A DNA stretch of 62,005 nucleotides, the filler included, from Stramenopiles sp. TOSAG23-3 (taxonomy: Eukaryota), in assembly GCA_900128585.1 (NCBI GenBank). It is 12 parts of 12 records of this genome, joined end to end, with 100 filler letters (N's around TTAATTAATTAA, not from the genome) between each part and the next. Parts side by side here need not be neighbours in the genome. Positions count along the whole stretch, not along the records: positions 46,639 to 51,697 come from LT643620.1; positions 51,798 to 56,854 come from LT643621.1; positions 56,955 to 62,005 come from LT643622.1; 9 more parts are not named here. The stretch is one strand, 5' to 3'. Below are positions 48,111-57,963 of this stretch, piece after piece. Below the pieces are notes generated by a model, which did not search any database, had not been told where the DNA came from, and saw only the letters and a program-made list of their open reading frames with translations. Each line of letters opens with the position of its first letter. The first letter of the stretch is position 1. The translations under genes and the position numbers were made by a program.

Positions 48111-49952
48111 ATGGCCCACCCGCAGGTCGGTGCACCGCCGAGGGCGCACCCGGAGCAACACACTTCTTTCTTGTCTGAGGTTCGCACTGCGGCGGAAATT
48201 ATACCGAACGAGCTCTACTTCGTCTCCCTATCGAAGACTCCAACGGAGGCGCCCGATTTGACCTTCTTTTGCACGGACAAAGATTTCCTGTACGAGAACT
48301 TTTTTGCAGACTTTGGTCCGTTGAACTTGGGGAAATTGTATAGATACTGTTATGCGTTGGATCGAAGGCGGGAGCAGGCGCTTGCGGAGAAGAAGGTCCT
48401 GTACCACTACACTGCAAAGGACCAGCACAAGCGGGCAAACGGCGCATACCTGATTGCAGCCTACACCTTGCTCCGTCTCCACCGGAGCGTCGAGCAATCG
48501 TTCCAGCCCTTCTTGGGCTGTTACCCGCCGTTCACCCCCTTCCGGGACGCGTCGTTCGGACTCTGCACGTACACGGTCTCCGTGTTGGACTGCCTGAAAG
48601 GCCTCCAGAAAGCCGTTCGGTGCGGTTTTTTTGACGTGGGGAAGTTCGACGCCCAGAGCTACGAGCATTATGAAAAAGTAGAGAACGGGGACTGGAACTG
48701 GATAATCCCAGGAAAATTCCTTGCGTTTAGTGGACCGCATGACCAGCGGCGAGAGATCAATAACGGTCTCTCCACATTGTCCGCCCACGATTACGCCGAG
48801 CTGTTCGGCAGGCTGGGGATCAAGACCGTGGTCCGTTTGAACACCCCCTGCTACGACAGGGTCACCTTTCTGAACGCGGGGATAAAACATTATGACTTGT
48901 TTTTCAAGGACGGCACCGTCCCGTCCATGCCCATAATGAACGATTTCTTCCGGATCTCCGAGACCAAGGAGCCGGTCGCGATCCACTGCAAGGCTGGGCT
49001 GGGCAGGACTGGGACGTTGATCGGCGCGTACCTGATGAAGCACCACGATTTTTCTCCGAAAGAGGCAATTTCATGGATGCGTATTGTTCGGCCCGGCTCA
49101 GTCATTGGCCCGCAACAACATTTTTTGGAGCAAATTGCGCCGCAAATGAAGCGGCTGGGAGAGCGCTACCGGAGCAAGCTGCCCTCGGTGGAACGGTCCG
49201 AGGCAGCGGACAGGATGGGGGCCCCGAGGGCGCACGCCCGGTCCCCAGTCGCAAAACGAAACAATCACAGTCGAAAAGGTTCCGGGGAAAAGCGCGAGTT
49301 TCTTCAAATCGTCCAGTCCCGCTCGCCCCCCAAACAGCGCGGACACAGCCTGTCCAACCCGTACTCCGCCGCTTCGCAGGCGTTGGTCGGTGCCGGCCAC
49401 GGGCAGGCAAAGCACCACCAGTTTGCCTTGGCGCGCTCGCGCACCCCCCAATACAACAACGCCCAATATTACCGCGCCAAGGCGTCGGCGAGTCACCCTA
49501 CCCCCGATTTTTCCGTAAGCGTGGGCGCGGGCCACAATGAGCTGACGGCCCGAAGGTCAAACGGGCGCATGCCGCAACTGCGTACCTCGAAAACGGTGAG
49601 GTCGACTCCCCAGTTTCGCGCCAATAATAGTATTCATGGTTCGGTAGACACGGCGGCCGCTACGGCCACCGCCACCGAGCTCAACCAGAAAACTTCGTAT
49701 GCGGACTTGGTGGTTGCCCAGCCCCAGAGCAAGTTGCGTGGGACTTCTGGGCGACCCCTTGGCAGCGAGCGGATTGGTTCCCAGCAAGGACATAGAATAA
49801 GCCCAAGCTCCAGGCGGCAGCGGAAGCTGGGGGATAGCCAAGGGCGCAGGATGGCAGATCGTGGCGAAAAGAACTTTCTCATACAGCCAAACATGAACCG
49901 GAATTACGAGAGCATGCCCAATTTGAAGATGGGGTTGCCGTTGACGCGATGA
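48111..49952 (+). CDS. CDC14: Dual-specificity phosphatase Cdc14
   Basis: YENFFADFGPLNL, PFRDAS, ENGD.NWI.PGKF.AF.GP, HCKAGLGRTG, RPGSVIGPQQ; disordered tail. Confidence 0.96.
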   Translation: MAHPQVGAPPRAHPEQHTSFLSEVRTAAEIIPNELYFVSLSKTPTEAPDLTFFCTDKDFLYENFFADFGPLNLGKLYRYCYALDRRREQALAEKKVLYHYTAKDQHKRANGAYLIAAYTLLRLHRSVEQSFQPFLGCYPPFTPFRDASFGLCTYTVSVLDCLKGLQKAVRCGFFDVGKFDAQSYEHYEKVENGDWNWIIPGKFLAFSGPHDQRREINNGLSTLSAHDYAELFGRLGIKTVVRLNTPCYDRVTFLNAGIKHYDLFFKDGTVPSMPIMNDFFRISETKEPVAIHCKAGLGRTGTLIGAYLMKHHDFSPKEAISWMRIVRPGSVIGPQQHFLEQIAPQMKRLGERYRSKLPSVERSEAADRMGAPRAHARSPVAKRNNHSRKGSGEKREFLQIVQSRSPPKQRGHSLSNPYSAASQALVGAGHGQAKHHQFALARSRTPQYNNAQYYRAKASASHPTPDFSVSVGAGHNELTARRSNGRMPQLRTSKTVRSTPQFRANNSIHGSVDTAAATATATELNQKTSYADLVVAQPQSKLRGTSGRPLGSERIGSQQGHRISPSSRRQRKLGDSQGRRMADRGEKNFLIQPNMNRNYESMPNLKMGLPLTR

Positions 49953-50454
49953 TCGTTGTCGATTTAGCTCGCGCTGTTCAGTGGAGAAAGATTTTATTTT
50001 ATTTTAAAAAAACCTATTTTACTTAAATAACAGATAGTCAAGACTATGGCCATAATAAAAAAACAATTATACGGCAGACACAAAATTAGAAAAAGAATGT
50101 GAAATGAGGCAAGATAAGTAAGATAGTAATGGAGCTATCATACTAAGATAAGTTTAGCATTTTATAAAAATCTGTTTAAAAAGTTATTTAATACAATGCT
50201 TTTAATTTACAAACGTCAATTTGACGTTAAGAAATAATTGTTTTATCATTAGCTTTTAACAGTCCCACATGTCTACCCATGAAAGGGGCCAAGTCCGCCT
50301 GGACCCCCTCCCGTGAAACGAAAAGGCCTTTTTTTCGCAGGAGAACAAAGTTCTACCCTGCTGCCAGGTCACGAAACACCCTCAGTTTGGTTTCCAAGAG
50401 CACGTCTATAAGGGAGCAATCTATTGCACAGTAAAGGCCTGCCAAACAGGCTCT

Positions 50455-50742
50455 TTACAGAGGCGTGCGGTATAGACAAATAGCCGTCTTTCCAACGTAG
50501 AAAAATATAAACGTTTTTGCCAGGTGGCTACAGTAGCATCGAAAGTTCGTCCCGACAATGCAGTGCCAGCACGCCCCGTACTTGGCGTCGAAATGGGTTT
50601 TAACAATTTGGGAGACTTCCTGCTCCGTTCCCCCCTTTGACAACGCTTCTGCAGCTACTTTCATGGCGTCTGGGCGCATGTCTCCATGCTCGTCCATGTC
50701 GGTAGAAATCAGACTACCTGTACCACCACCGGATTGCGACAT
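50455..50742 (-). CDS. Dynein light chain type 1 (LC8-like)
   Basis: K..FD.KYG..WHCIVG.NF....H....FIFFY.G..AI.LY signature. Confidence 0.92.
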   Translation of the reverse strand: MSQSGGGTGSLISTDMDEHGDMRPDAMKVAAEALSKGGTEQEVSQIVKTHFDAKYGACWHCIVGTNFRCYCSHLAKTFIFFYVGKTAICLYRTPL

Positions 50743-51257
50743 AGTATTCTCCCCGTTCAAACAATACAACAGAATTTGAATGTATGTATATTATTATTAT
50801 ATATGTATATTTGTGTATAAATGCACAAATGTACGACGATGGAGAGAAGATACGAAAGAAAGAGAGGGGCCAGATCTTTTTTGCGTGGAAGCGAAAACTT
50901 GAGGGAAGAGAAAGAAAGGAAACAAAAACAAATAAATCAATTGTTTCATTTAAATATTATTCTTTTCATCATCATATTTTTGTTTTGTTTGTTTGTATTT
51001 TTTTTTTGAATGAAGCAAATTGAACAAATGCTACTACTTCTACTTACTACAACTACGCAGAACTAAATAAATAATAAATATAATAATAAAAGATTTTAAA
51101 GTGCAACGCCTCTTTTTATATTTTAATATAAATTATACATTGAATAGCATCTAATAAAAATTCAAAAAAGAAGAAGACAGAAGTGAATAGATGATTCGTA
51201 CGATATTTTTAAATGGTGTGTTCATACAGTATTATAGTATATATAATAATAGCATCA

Positions 51258-51436
51258 AGAAAGGAAGGAAGGAAGGAAGGAAGGAAGGAAGGAAAGAAAG
51301 AAAGGAAGGAAGGAAGGAAGGAAGGAAGGAAGGAAAGAAAGGAAAGGAAAGAAGCAAGGAAGGAAAGAAGGAAGGAAGGAAGGAAGGAAGGAAGGAAGGA
51401 AGGAAGGAAGAGGAAGGAAGGAAGAGGAAGGAAAGA
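51258..51436. repeat. (GGAA)n microsatellite
   Basis: Direct reading. Confidence 0.95.
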
Positions 51437-51797
51437 ATTGAAGTTTGTTTTATTCGTTACTCTCTCTCTTTCTCTATTAGCTCTTTGTTAAGAATAAAAT
51501 ATAATTTGAATGAAATGATGAATGATGATCTCATTCATGTTTAGTTTGTATTTAAAATAGCTATAAGTTTTTATATTAAGGGGGAGCAAGTGTCATTTTC
51601 GATTTTTTCGTCTTTTTAAAAAAAAAGAAATATTCTTCGACATGTACAATTCCGACTGTTGTTTTTTACATCAAACTTTGTTGTAAGTTGAGGAAGCNNN
51701 NNNNNNNNNNNNNNNNNNNNNNNNNNNNNNNNNNNNNNNNNTTAATTAATTAANNNNNNNNNNNNNNNNNNNNNNNNNNNNNNNNNNNNNNNNNNNN

Positions 51798-51950
51798 AAG
51801 AAGAAGAAGAAAGAAGAAAGAAGAAGAACAAGAAGAACAAGAAGAAGAAGAAAGAAAGAAAGAAGAAAGAAGAAAGAAGAAGAAGAAGAAGAAGAAAGAA
51901 AGAAAGAAGAAGAAGAAGAAGAAGAAGAAGAAAGAAGAAGAAGAAGAAAA
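51798..51950. repeat. (GAA)n tract at contig start
   Basis: Direct reading. Confidence 0.95.
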
Positions 51951-52581
51951 GATACGCCATAGGGAAGATAGGATGGATGGAGGATCAATTATATAATTTA
52001 AAATGTTGTTAAATACCTTAATTAATATAATGTGTAATAATTAAGGTTTTGTCTAATTGTTAATTCTGATAGGGCTTATATAATTAATTTATACTTATTA
52101 ACTATAATAGTCGTTCTATATATTTTATGATAACGGTCTCGAATTCTCAAAATACCACCACCGGTATTTCCCTTCTTTCCCCAAATCATTTCATGTATTA
52201 CAACAGGAACACAGTATCAAAACCAAAGCAATTCGTTTTTTTTGTTTTCAAAAAAAAAAAAGAAGGTAGGAGAAGAAGATGAAAAAGAGTTGTTTCTTCT
52301 TCCTCCTGTTGTTTCCCTGTTGTTTTTTGTCAGTTTTTTTTTCTTTTTTCTTCTTTCTTCGCGAGATTTTGTTCTACTTCTTATTACTTCTTCGTATTAT
52401 TATTTACGTAAACAGTAAAGGATTGAAAAGTTGTACACCAGTAAGTTGTTCATTCTGGATGTGATTACTACATTAATTCACAGAGACAGGGAGAGGAAAC
52501 ATTCTGCGTTAGATCCTGCTTTATATTCATCCTATACAGATTAGATTTCCAGAAAAAGACCCGTTCATACAATAGCCTAAC

Positions 52582-53487
52582 ATGAGAGTCACGGTGGGGG
52601 CGTCTGGGCACTTTCACAGGGCGCCGTCGCGTTCGAGTTCGAGCTCACGGATTACGGGGAAAATAGGATCTCGCCCTCGGCGCAGACCGCAGATGCCCGG
52701 GACTTCTCTGTCGACGAGTGCGTCTTTGTCGTCAACTTATAGGGACGCGGAAACATGCTCCTACAGAAACAATTCTACAAAAGAGAACATTAGACAGTTC
52801 AATTCTGCTAACGGCCGTTCTGCCTCCCGGTCGCAGGACCCTCTTCAAACGGACGCCCGCTGCAGTCTGCCCGCCCCTAGCTCTGCTAACGCATCAGATC
52901 TCCGCACGAAAAAAAGAAGAAACATGCAAAACCTTTTGACCAGGGACAAAAACTGGAAGGGTGAAGTTCCAAACGTCATTCTTAAACATTTGGAGAGCGG
53001 GAAAAGGGTACACCTTCGGGACCTTGTAGAAGGGAAAGTGGCAATTATTGATTTTTGGTTAAGTAGAACAGGCTCCAACCCGTTTACGTCCATGGATGCC
53101 TGATCCCCGCTAGGCCGCGGTGGTTGTGAGAGTAATTTGGATCAACTCGAACAGCGCGCAGCCTCGAAAGTGTTGCAAAGACACCTCTTCAAAGACAACG
53201 TCGTCTTCCTTGCAATAAACGTGGATAGTCAGTTCGAAGGGCCGGCGATGTATGACCAAGCTCGGGAACGGTGGCCGAACCTTCAACACTTTTGGGCCGA
53301 CGAAAAGACCGTCCGAGCCATGCATGTTCAGTTCGTACCGAACCGCTTGATGCTTCGAAAAAACGGTGGTATTGCACGCTGGTGGGACGGAACAAATGGA
53401 AAAGTTGTCGACGGTAAGTTTGGAAGTTCCAGAGCAAATAAATCGAGCAATATAGCAGATGAAATAGCCATATTACTGGAGGAGTAA
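52582..53487 (+). CDS. Thioredoxin-fold (TlpA-like) protein interrupted by one in-frame TGA (53101-53103)
   Basis: ORFs 52582-53103 and 53137-53487 share a frame. L.DLV.GKVAIIDFW ... GGC...LD.LE ... VVFLAINVD ... VQFVP cis-Pro motif. Candidate 51-nt GT-AG intron at 53063-53113. Confidence 0.78.
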
Positions 53488-54210
53488 ACGGGCATTAATC
53501 TCCAGGACACATTCAGAAGAGAGCCAAGGACATTTCGAAACGCACGCCAGCTGCTCAATGACAGCATATCATCCCCGCATACTTTTCAATAAATGTGGGG
53601 GCGGACAAATCATTTACAAAATCCGCAATGCTTGAGAGACAAATTTACAGCATGGTCAAAAATAAGAGTACGGATCCAAAGTCAAGTACAAATGTATTCT
53701 TTGGTGTCAGTTTCGTAAACTTGAAAAAGTAGTTAATAAATTTTAAAAATGCTCTCGTACCATGAGTTTCAAATAAGAAGAATTGCCTAGACGTAAGTCG
53801 TCTAACAAAACACAGCAGCAGGCAAAAGCCTTTATTTATTTTGGATATTTATTTAATGTAAATATTTTCTTTCCTCCCACCCTTCTTTTTCTATGCTGTG
53901 ACTTGTCCTTCTTCTTCTTTTATTATTATTAATTATTAATTATTCTTCTTCTTTTTTTTTTTCCTCCGTCCTTTCTTTCTTTCTTCTTTTTTTTCTTCCC
54001 TCGTATTTTGGTAAATAATAATAGAGTGTATGTACGTTAGTCATCTATTATAAAACCTAATCTTCATGGGTACTGGAAAAAGTTACAACTGGTTCGTATT
54101 CTTTCTCCGTTGATGCGTGTTCATTTTTACGTTGTAACTGACTGACTGCAAAGTCTGTTGACCAAGCAATTATTAAAACCGTGCTGTAAAAGAACGTCAT
54201 CGAAAGGACG

Positions 54211-55332
54211 ATGAAACTGCTTTCAACTTGCATGCTTCACGCGTTGTGCGTGCTCTTCACTTGCCACCGCTCCGGTGCCGTCGTTGATATGGTAAACGTT
54301 TTTTCATCATCGGAGGTTTCTGGATGCGTCCGCTTACGAACTCCTGAAATGCTTCGAAATGAGCGCACTGGTGGAATACATGTAATTGCCCGGTGCTGCG
54401 GGGCGAATAGGTGCTCCAGCAAGGGCGCACGTGCTGGGCACGAGCCGGGCGACTTGGGAGATAATAACTCGGATTGCAAAGTTATTATGAAGTCAACGAT
54501 GGACGTGGGGAAAACTTGGACAAACTTTCAAGTTCTGTCCCCGCCCAACGCGACTAGCTACGCAAACGGTGCGGGAATATACGATCGATTCCGTGATCAG
54601 ATCATTGTGCAATATAGTTTTATTCCCTTGGGTTCTACTAGGCCAGCGAAGAACGTGAACTACTTTCAAATTGTTTCAAGGGACGACGCGGCTAGCTGGA
54701 GCAGTCCGCGAAACATCACGGCCCTCGTTGCGGGGTGCAACCCTGATGAGAATGACATGATGCTGCAGTCGGCGGGAACCAAACTTCAAAGTTCGTCTGG
54801 AAGGCTCATTTGGCCAGCCCATGCGTTCGGGGACAGAGGTGCCTGCGTCTGGTACTCGGACGATGGCGGAGAGACTTACAACACGACCGCACCGATCAAT
54901 GGCAACGAGCTCAGCATCACGGTCGCCAACCGGGAGACGAACGAACTTTACATGACTGGCAGGCCGGTGAAGGAAACGTCGCCACGTCGTGCTGACTACC
55001 GTTCCTATGACGATGGCGCGACTTGGTCGAAGCCTGCGGTCTCCGACTTGAAGAGTGACGATGGCCATGGGTGCGAGCGGTCATTGATTAACATCAACGA
55101 CGTGTTATACTCCGCAGAACCAGAAGGGCACAAAAGGACGAACATGGTCGTTCGCTGCTCAAAAGATCATGGGAACAAGTGGAACTCCAGCAAAGGTGTG
55201 AATGGGGATAATGGGGCAGGGTATTCAGACATGGTAGCGCTGGACGACCATTCGTTTTTTCTCGTCTGGGAAAACACCGATAACGGGAATTTTCACTCCG
55301 CAACGATTGATGCATGGTGCAATCATCCGTAA
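54211..55332 (+). CDS. Secreted BNR/Asp-box protein, sialidase (GH33)-like
   Basis: Signal peptide; RTP (FRIP-like) motif; Asp boxes SRDDAASW, SDDGGETY, SYDDGATW and SKDHGNKW; C-terminal GYS. Confidence 0.85.
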   Translation: MKLLSTCMLHALCVLFTCHRSGAVVDMVNVFSSSEVSGCVRLRTPEMLRNERTGGIHVIARCCGANRCSSKGARAGHEPGDLGDNNSDCKVIMKSTMDVGKTWTNFQVLSPPNATSYANGAGIYDRFRDQIIVQYSFIPLGSTRPAKNVNYFQIVSRDDAASWSSPRNITALVAGCNPDENDMMLQSAGTKLQSSSGRLIWPAHAFGDRGACVWYSDDGGETYNTTAPINGNELSITVANRETNELYMTGRPVKETSPRRADYRSYDDGATWSKPAVSDLKSDDGHGCERSLININDVLYSAEPEGHKRTNMVVRCSKDHGNKWNSSKGVNGDNGAGYSDMVALDDHSFFLVWENTDNGNFHSATIDAWCNHP

Positions 55333-55844
55333 AATAATAAATAAATTATACTACTAGTGAAGTAATAACTTTTACATCATCCATAATAATTACCGTAGTA
55401 GTCAGCGCGTTGTTGTTTATTTATTTATTATTAGCTTATTGGAACTTTTTTTCGGTATAGAGTCAGTACGGTAGAGTAATAATATTCGTCATCAAATAAA
55501 AATAATAATAATAAAAAAAAGAGAAGAGGAAAGAGGAAAGAGGAAAGAGGGAAGAGGGAGGAGAAGAATAATAAAAATAATAATAATAATAATAAAATAT
55601 TAAAAAAAAATTGATGATGGATGAAGAAAAAAGAAGAGAATAATAATTCCACATTTTTTTGCGTACACAAAAAACATACATTTTATTGTCGTCTACTCCT
55701 CGTAGTCGTCGTCTAATAATTGGCTGAATGGAATCTACAGTTGCTTTTTAATTACGAAGGAAATTGATTGTATCAATTTGTGTAGATTGCACAAAAATTA
55801 TTTATTTTTTAACTGTTTATTTGTTTACAATTGAACAACACGAA

Positions 55845-56453
55845 ATGAAGTCAACCGTGTCCGGTGCACTTCTCCTGGCGTGCATTGTAAGTGCTGCACA
55901 GGGCGCTCTTTGTCCGGCAAACTTTGATTCCGAGGATTGCACCACACGGTGCAGTTCAAAAAATTACCAGTGCTCATCAACTGATAGGCAAGGTTTTCGC
56001 ACTGTATGGACTGGTCCAGCGAGGTTAGATTCTGATGACTCTGGTGGAACCTGCACTTGCTGCTGCACGACAGGCAGAGATGCGTGTTTACCTCCGTACC
56101 CGCCCTACGATCCAAAGAAAGGAGGACAGCCTTACAATATCATATTCGAGAGAGTGTGCGGTAAGGCATGCTTCCCGAATGATAATAGTGAAAAGTGCAA
56201 AGCTAGCCGCACAAGACACCAAAGTGGGTCAAGCAAATCCTCAACCACCAACAATTCCACCACCAACAACTCGTCCGGGAATCCATGGCTATTTGTCGTG
56301 CTTGGTGTTGTCGCATGTGGTCTTGCCCTTGGGGTATTTCTCTATTCGAAGCAAAGGAATGACGAGGCCCAACCTGTTTATTATCAACAGGAATATCCCA
56401 AGGGCGCAGGCAACTATGCGCCCCCTAACGGCAACTATGCACCTTTGGGATAG
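55845..56453 (+). CDS. Small Cys-rich type I membrane protein
   Basis: Signal peptide, Cys-rich ectodomain, S/T/N stalk, one TM helix, Tyr/Pro tail with GNYAP twice. Confidence 0.75.
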   Translation: MKSTVSGALLLACIVSAAQGALCPANFDSEDCTTRCSSKNYQCSSTDRQGFRTVWTGPARLDSDDSGGTCTCCCTTGRDACLPPYPPYDPKKGGQPYNIIFERVCGKACFPNDNSEKCKASRTRHQSGSSKSSTTNNSTTNNSSGNPWLFVVLGVVACGLALGVFLYSKQRNDEAQPVYYQQEYPKGAGNYAPPNGNYAPLG

Positions 56454-56954
56454 GAAAAGATCTCTCGGAGTAAGTTTGAATTTGAGACAGATGCAACAAA
56501 TTCGTAAATACGCAAGTATCGTTTCAAAACAATTTCCAGAAAAAAGGGAACAAAAAATAAATTTTTATTCGGTGGTTAAGAATTATTTGTTGTTTTTTAT
56601 TATTTGTTGATGGGGGGGTGGTTATTGAAAATATTTTATTTCGTATTATTTTGAAAGCTACGATACGATTACAGAGCCAAACCATCGTTGTGTTTCCACG
56701 CTTCTCTCAATGACTGTTGCCCTTCATCACCAATGTAGTTACCTGCCAAATTAATCTTTGTCAACGAAGTATTCACTTTCTTCTTTCTTCTTTCTTTCTT
56801 TCTTCTTCTTCTTGTTCTTCTTGTTCTTCTTCTTTCTTCTTTCTTCTTCTTCTTNNNNNNNNNNNNNNNNNNNNNNNNNNNNNNNNNNNNNNNNNNNNTT
56901 AATTAATTAANNNNNNNNNNNNNNNNNNNNNNNNNNNNNNNNNNNNNNNNNNNN

Positions 56955-57359
56955 GGGGGGGGTATGTTATCAACGTCTCTAGGGGTGAGTTACAAGTGTG
57001 TATATATAGTCTTGAGTCTTTATTTCGACACTCGACACGAAGGTTGTATTTATTCGGAATAAGAGTAAACGACAACTAACTCGAACTGTGTGCCTGCTAA
57101 TTATAGTATACCAATTTATATAGGGAACTGTTACAAGTACAAAAAATCATTGAATTTTATCGCAAAAACTTTAAATATTGTACTTGTAACAATCTCCTAT
57201 ATAAATGCGTAGAGTGAAAATAAAAAAATAGAACTTTTTTTGGTTAAAATTATAAGTTTTTTCGTCATTTTAGATGTTATTCAATGTTATTTTGTGTTAC
57301 AGTAACTCCCTGCTAGTTTTTTAATTAAAAAAAGTTCACACGCATAAATACCCCCCCCC
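56955..57359. mobile_element. Putative non-autonomous foldback/MITE-like element
   Basis: GGGGGGGGTAT at the left end and ATACCCCCCCCC at the right end; central inverted repeat 57114-57206 (26/29 match); no ORF. Confidence 0.55.
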
Positions 57360-57963
57360 TCTTGACACAAAATCGGTTAAGTACAATAATATAAATAAAT
57401 ATATATATAAAAAATAATCCAAGTGATTCATGTCGCATTTTAAAATTATTTTGGAAACCAACCCAATGATATGCCTATGTTATAAATATCCTTATATGAA
57501 GTAATATGATAAAATGATTTAAATGCTCCTCTTATAAAATATAAGATGTTTAGAGAAGGATAACCACCTTAAAGCGAGGGAGAAGAAACGAAAAAGAAAT
57601 AAAATTATTATTACTATTGAATCATCATTATAGTTTAAATTATAGTCTATTATATAGTTGTCTATGATGATATAATAACGATGATGATCGACGAATGGTG
57701 AAATATGGCCACAACAAGCAGCCACAAGAACAAGAAAGAAAAGAAGGACAGTCCCAACTCCCAACTCCCAACCAAGAATTAGATCATCTTTTTACTGACA
57801 GCACAGCTTTATATTATATATTTTTCGACGTATGAATTGTTAAGTTATGGTAAAAATGTGCGTGCACTAGGTGGTTCATAATGTTATTTGTGGTCTCGAG
57901 CAACCAGTCTTAAATTTTGAATTATTTATAAAAAAGACGGTTGTTTTTTTTTACAATACGACC

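Noticed and set aside
50281-50340. GC-rich hairpins as a tRNA or bacterial terminator
   Set aside because: No cloverleaf or T-loop consensus; short stems in a eukaryotic 3' region are weak evidence.
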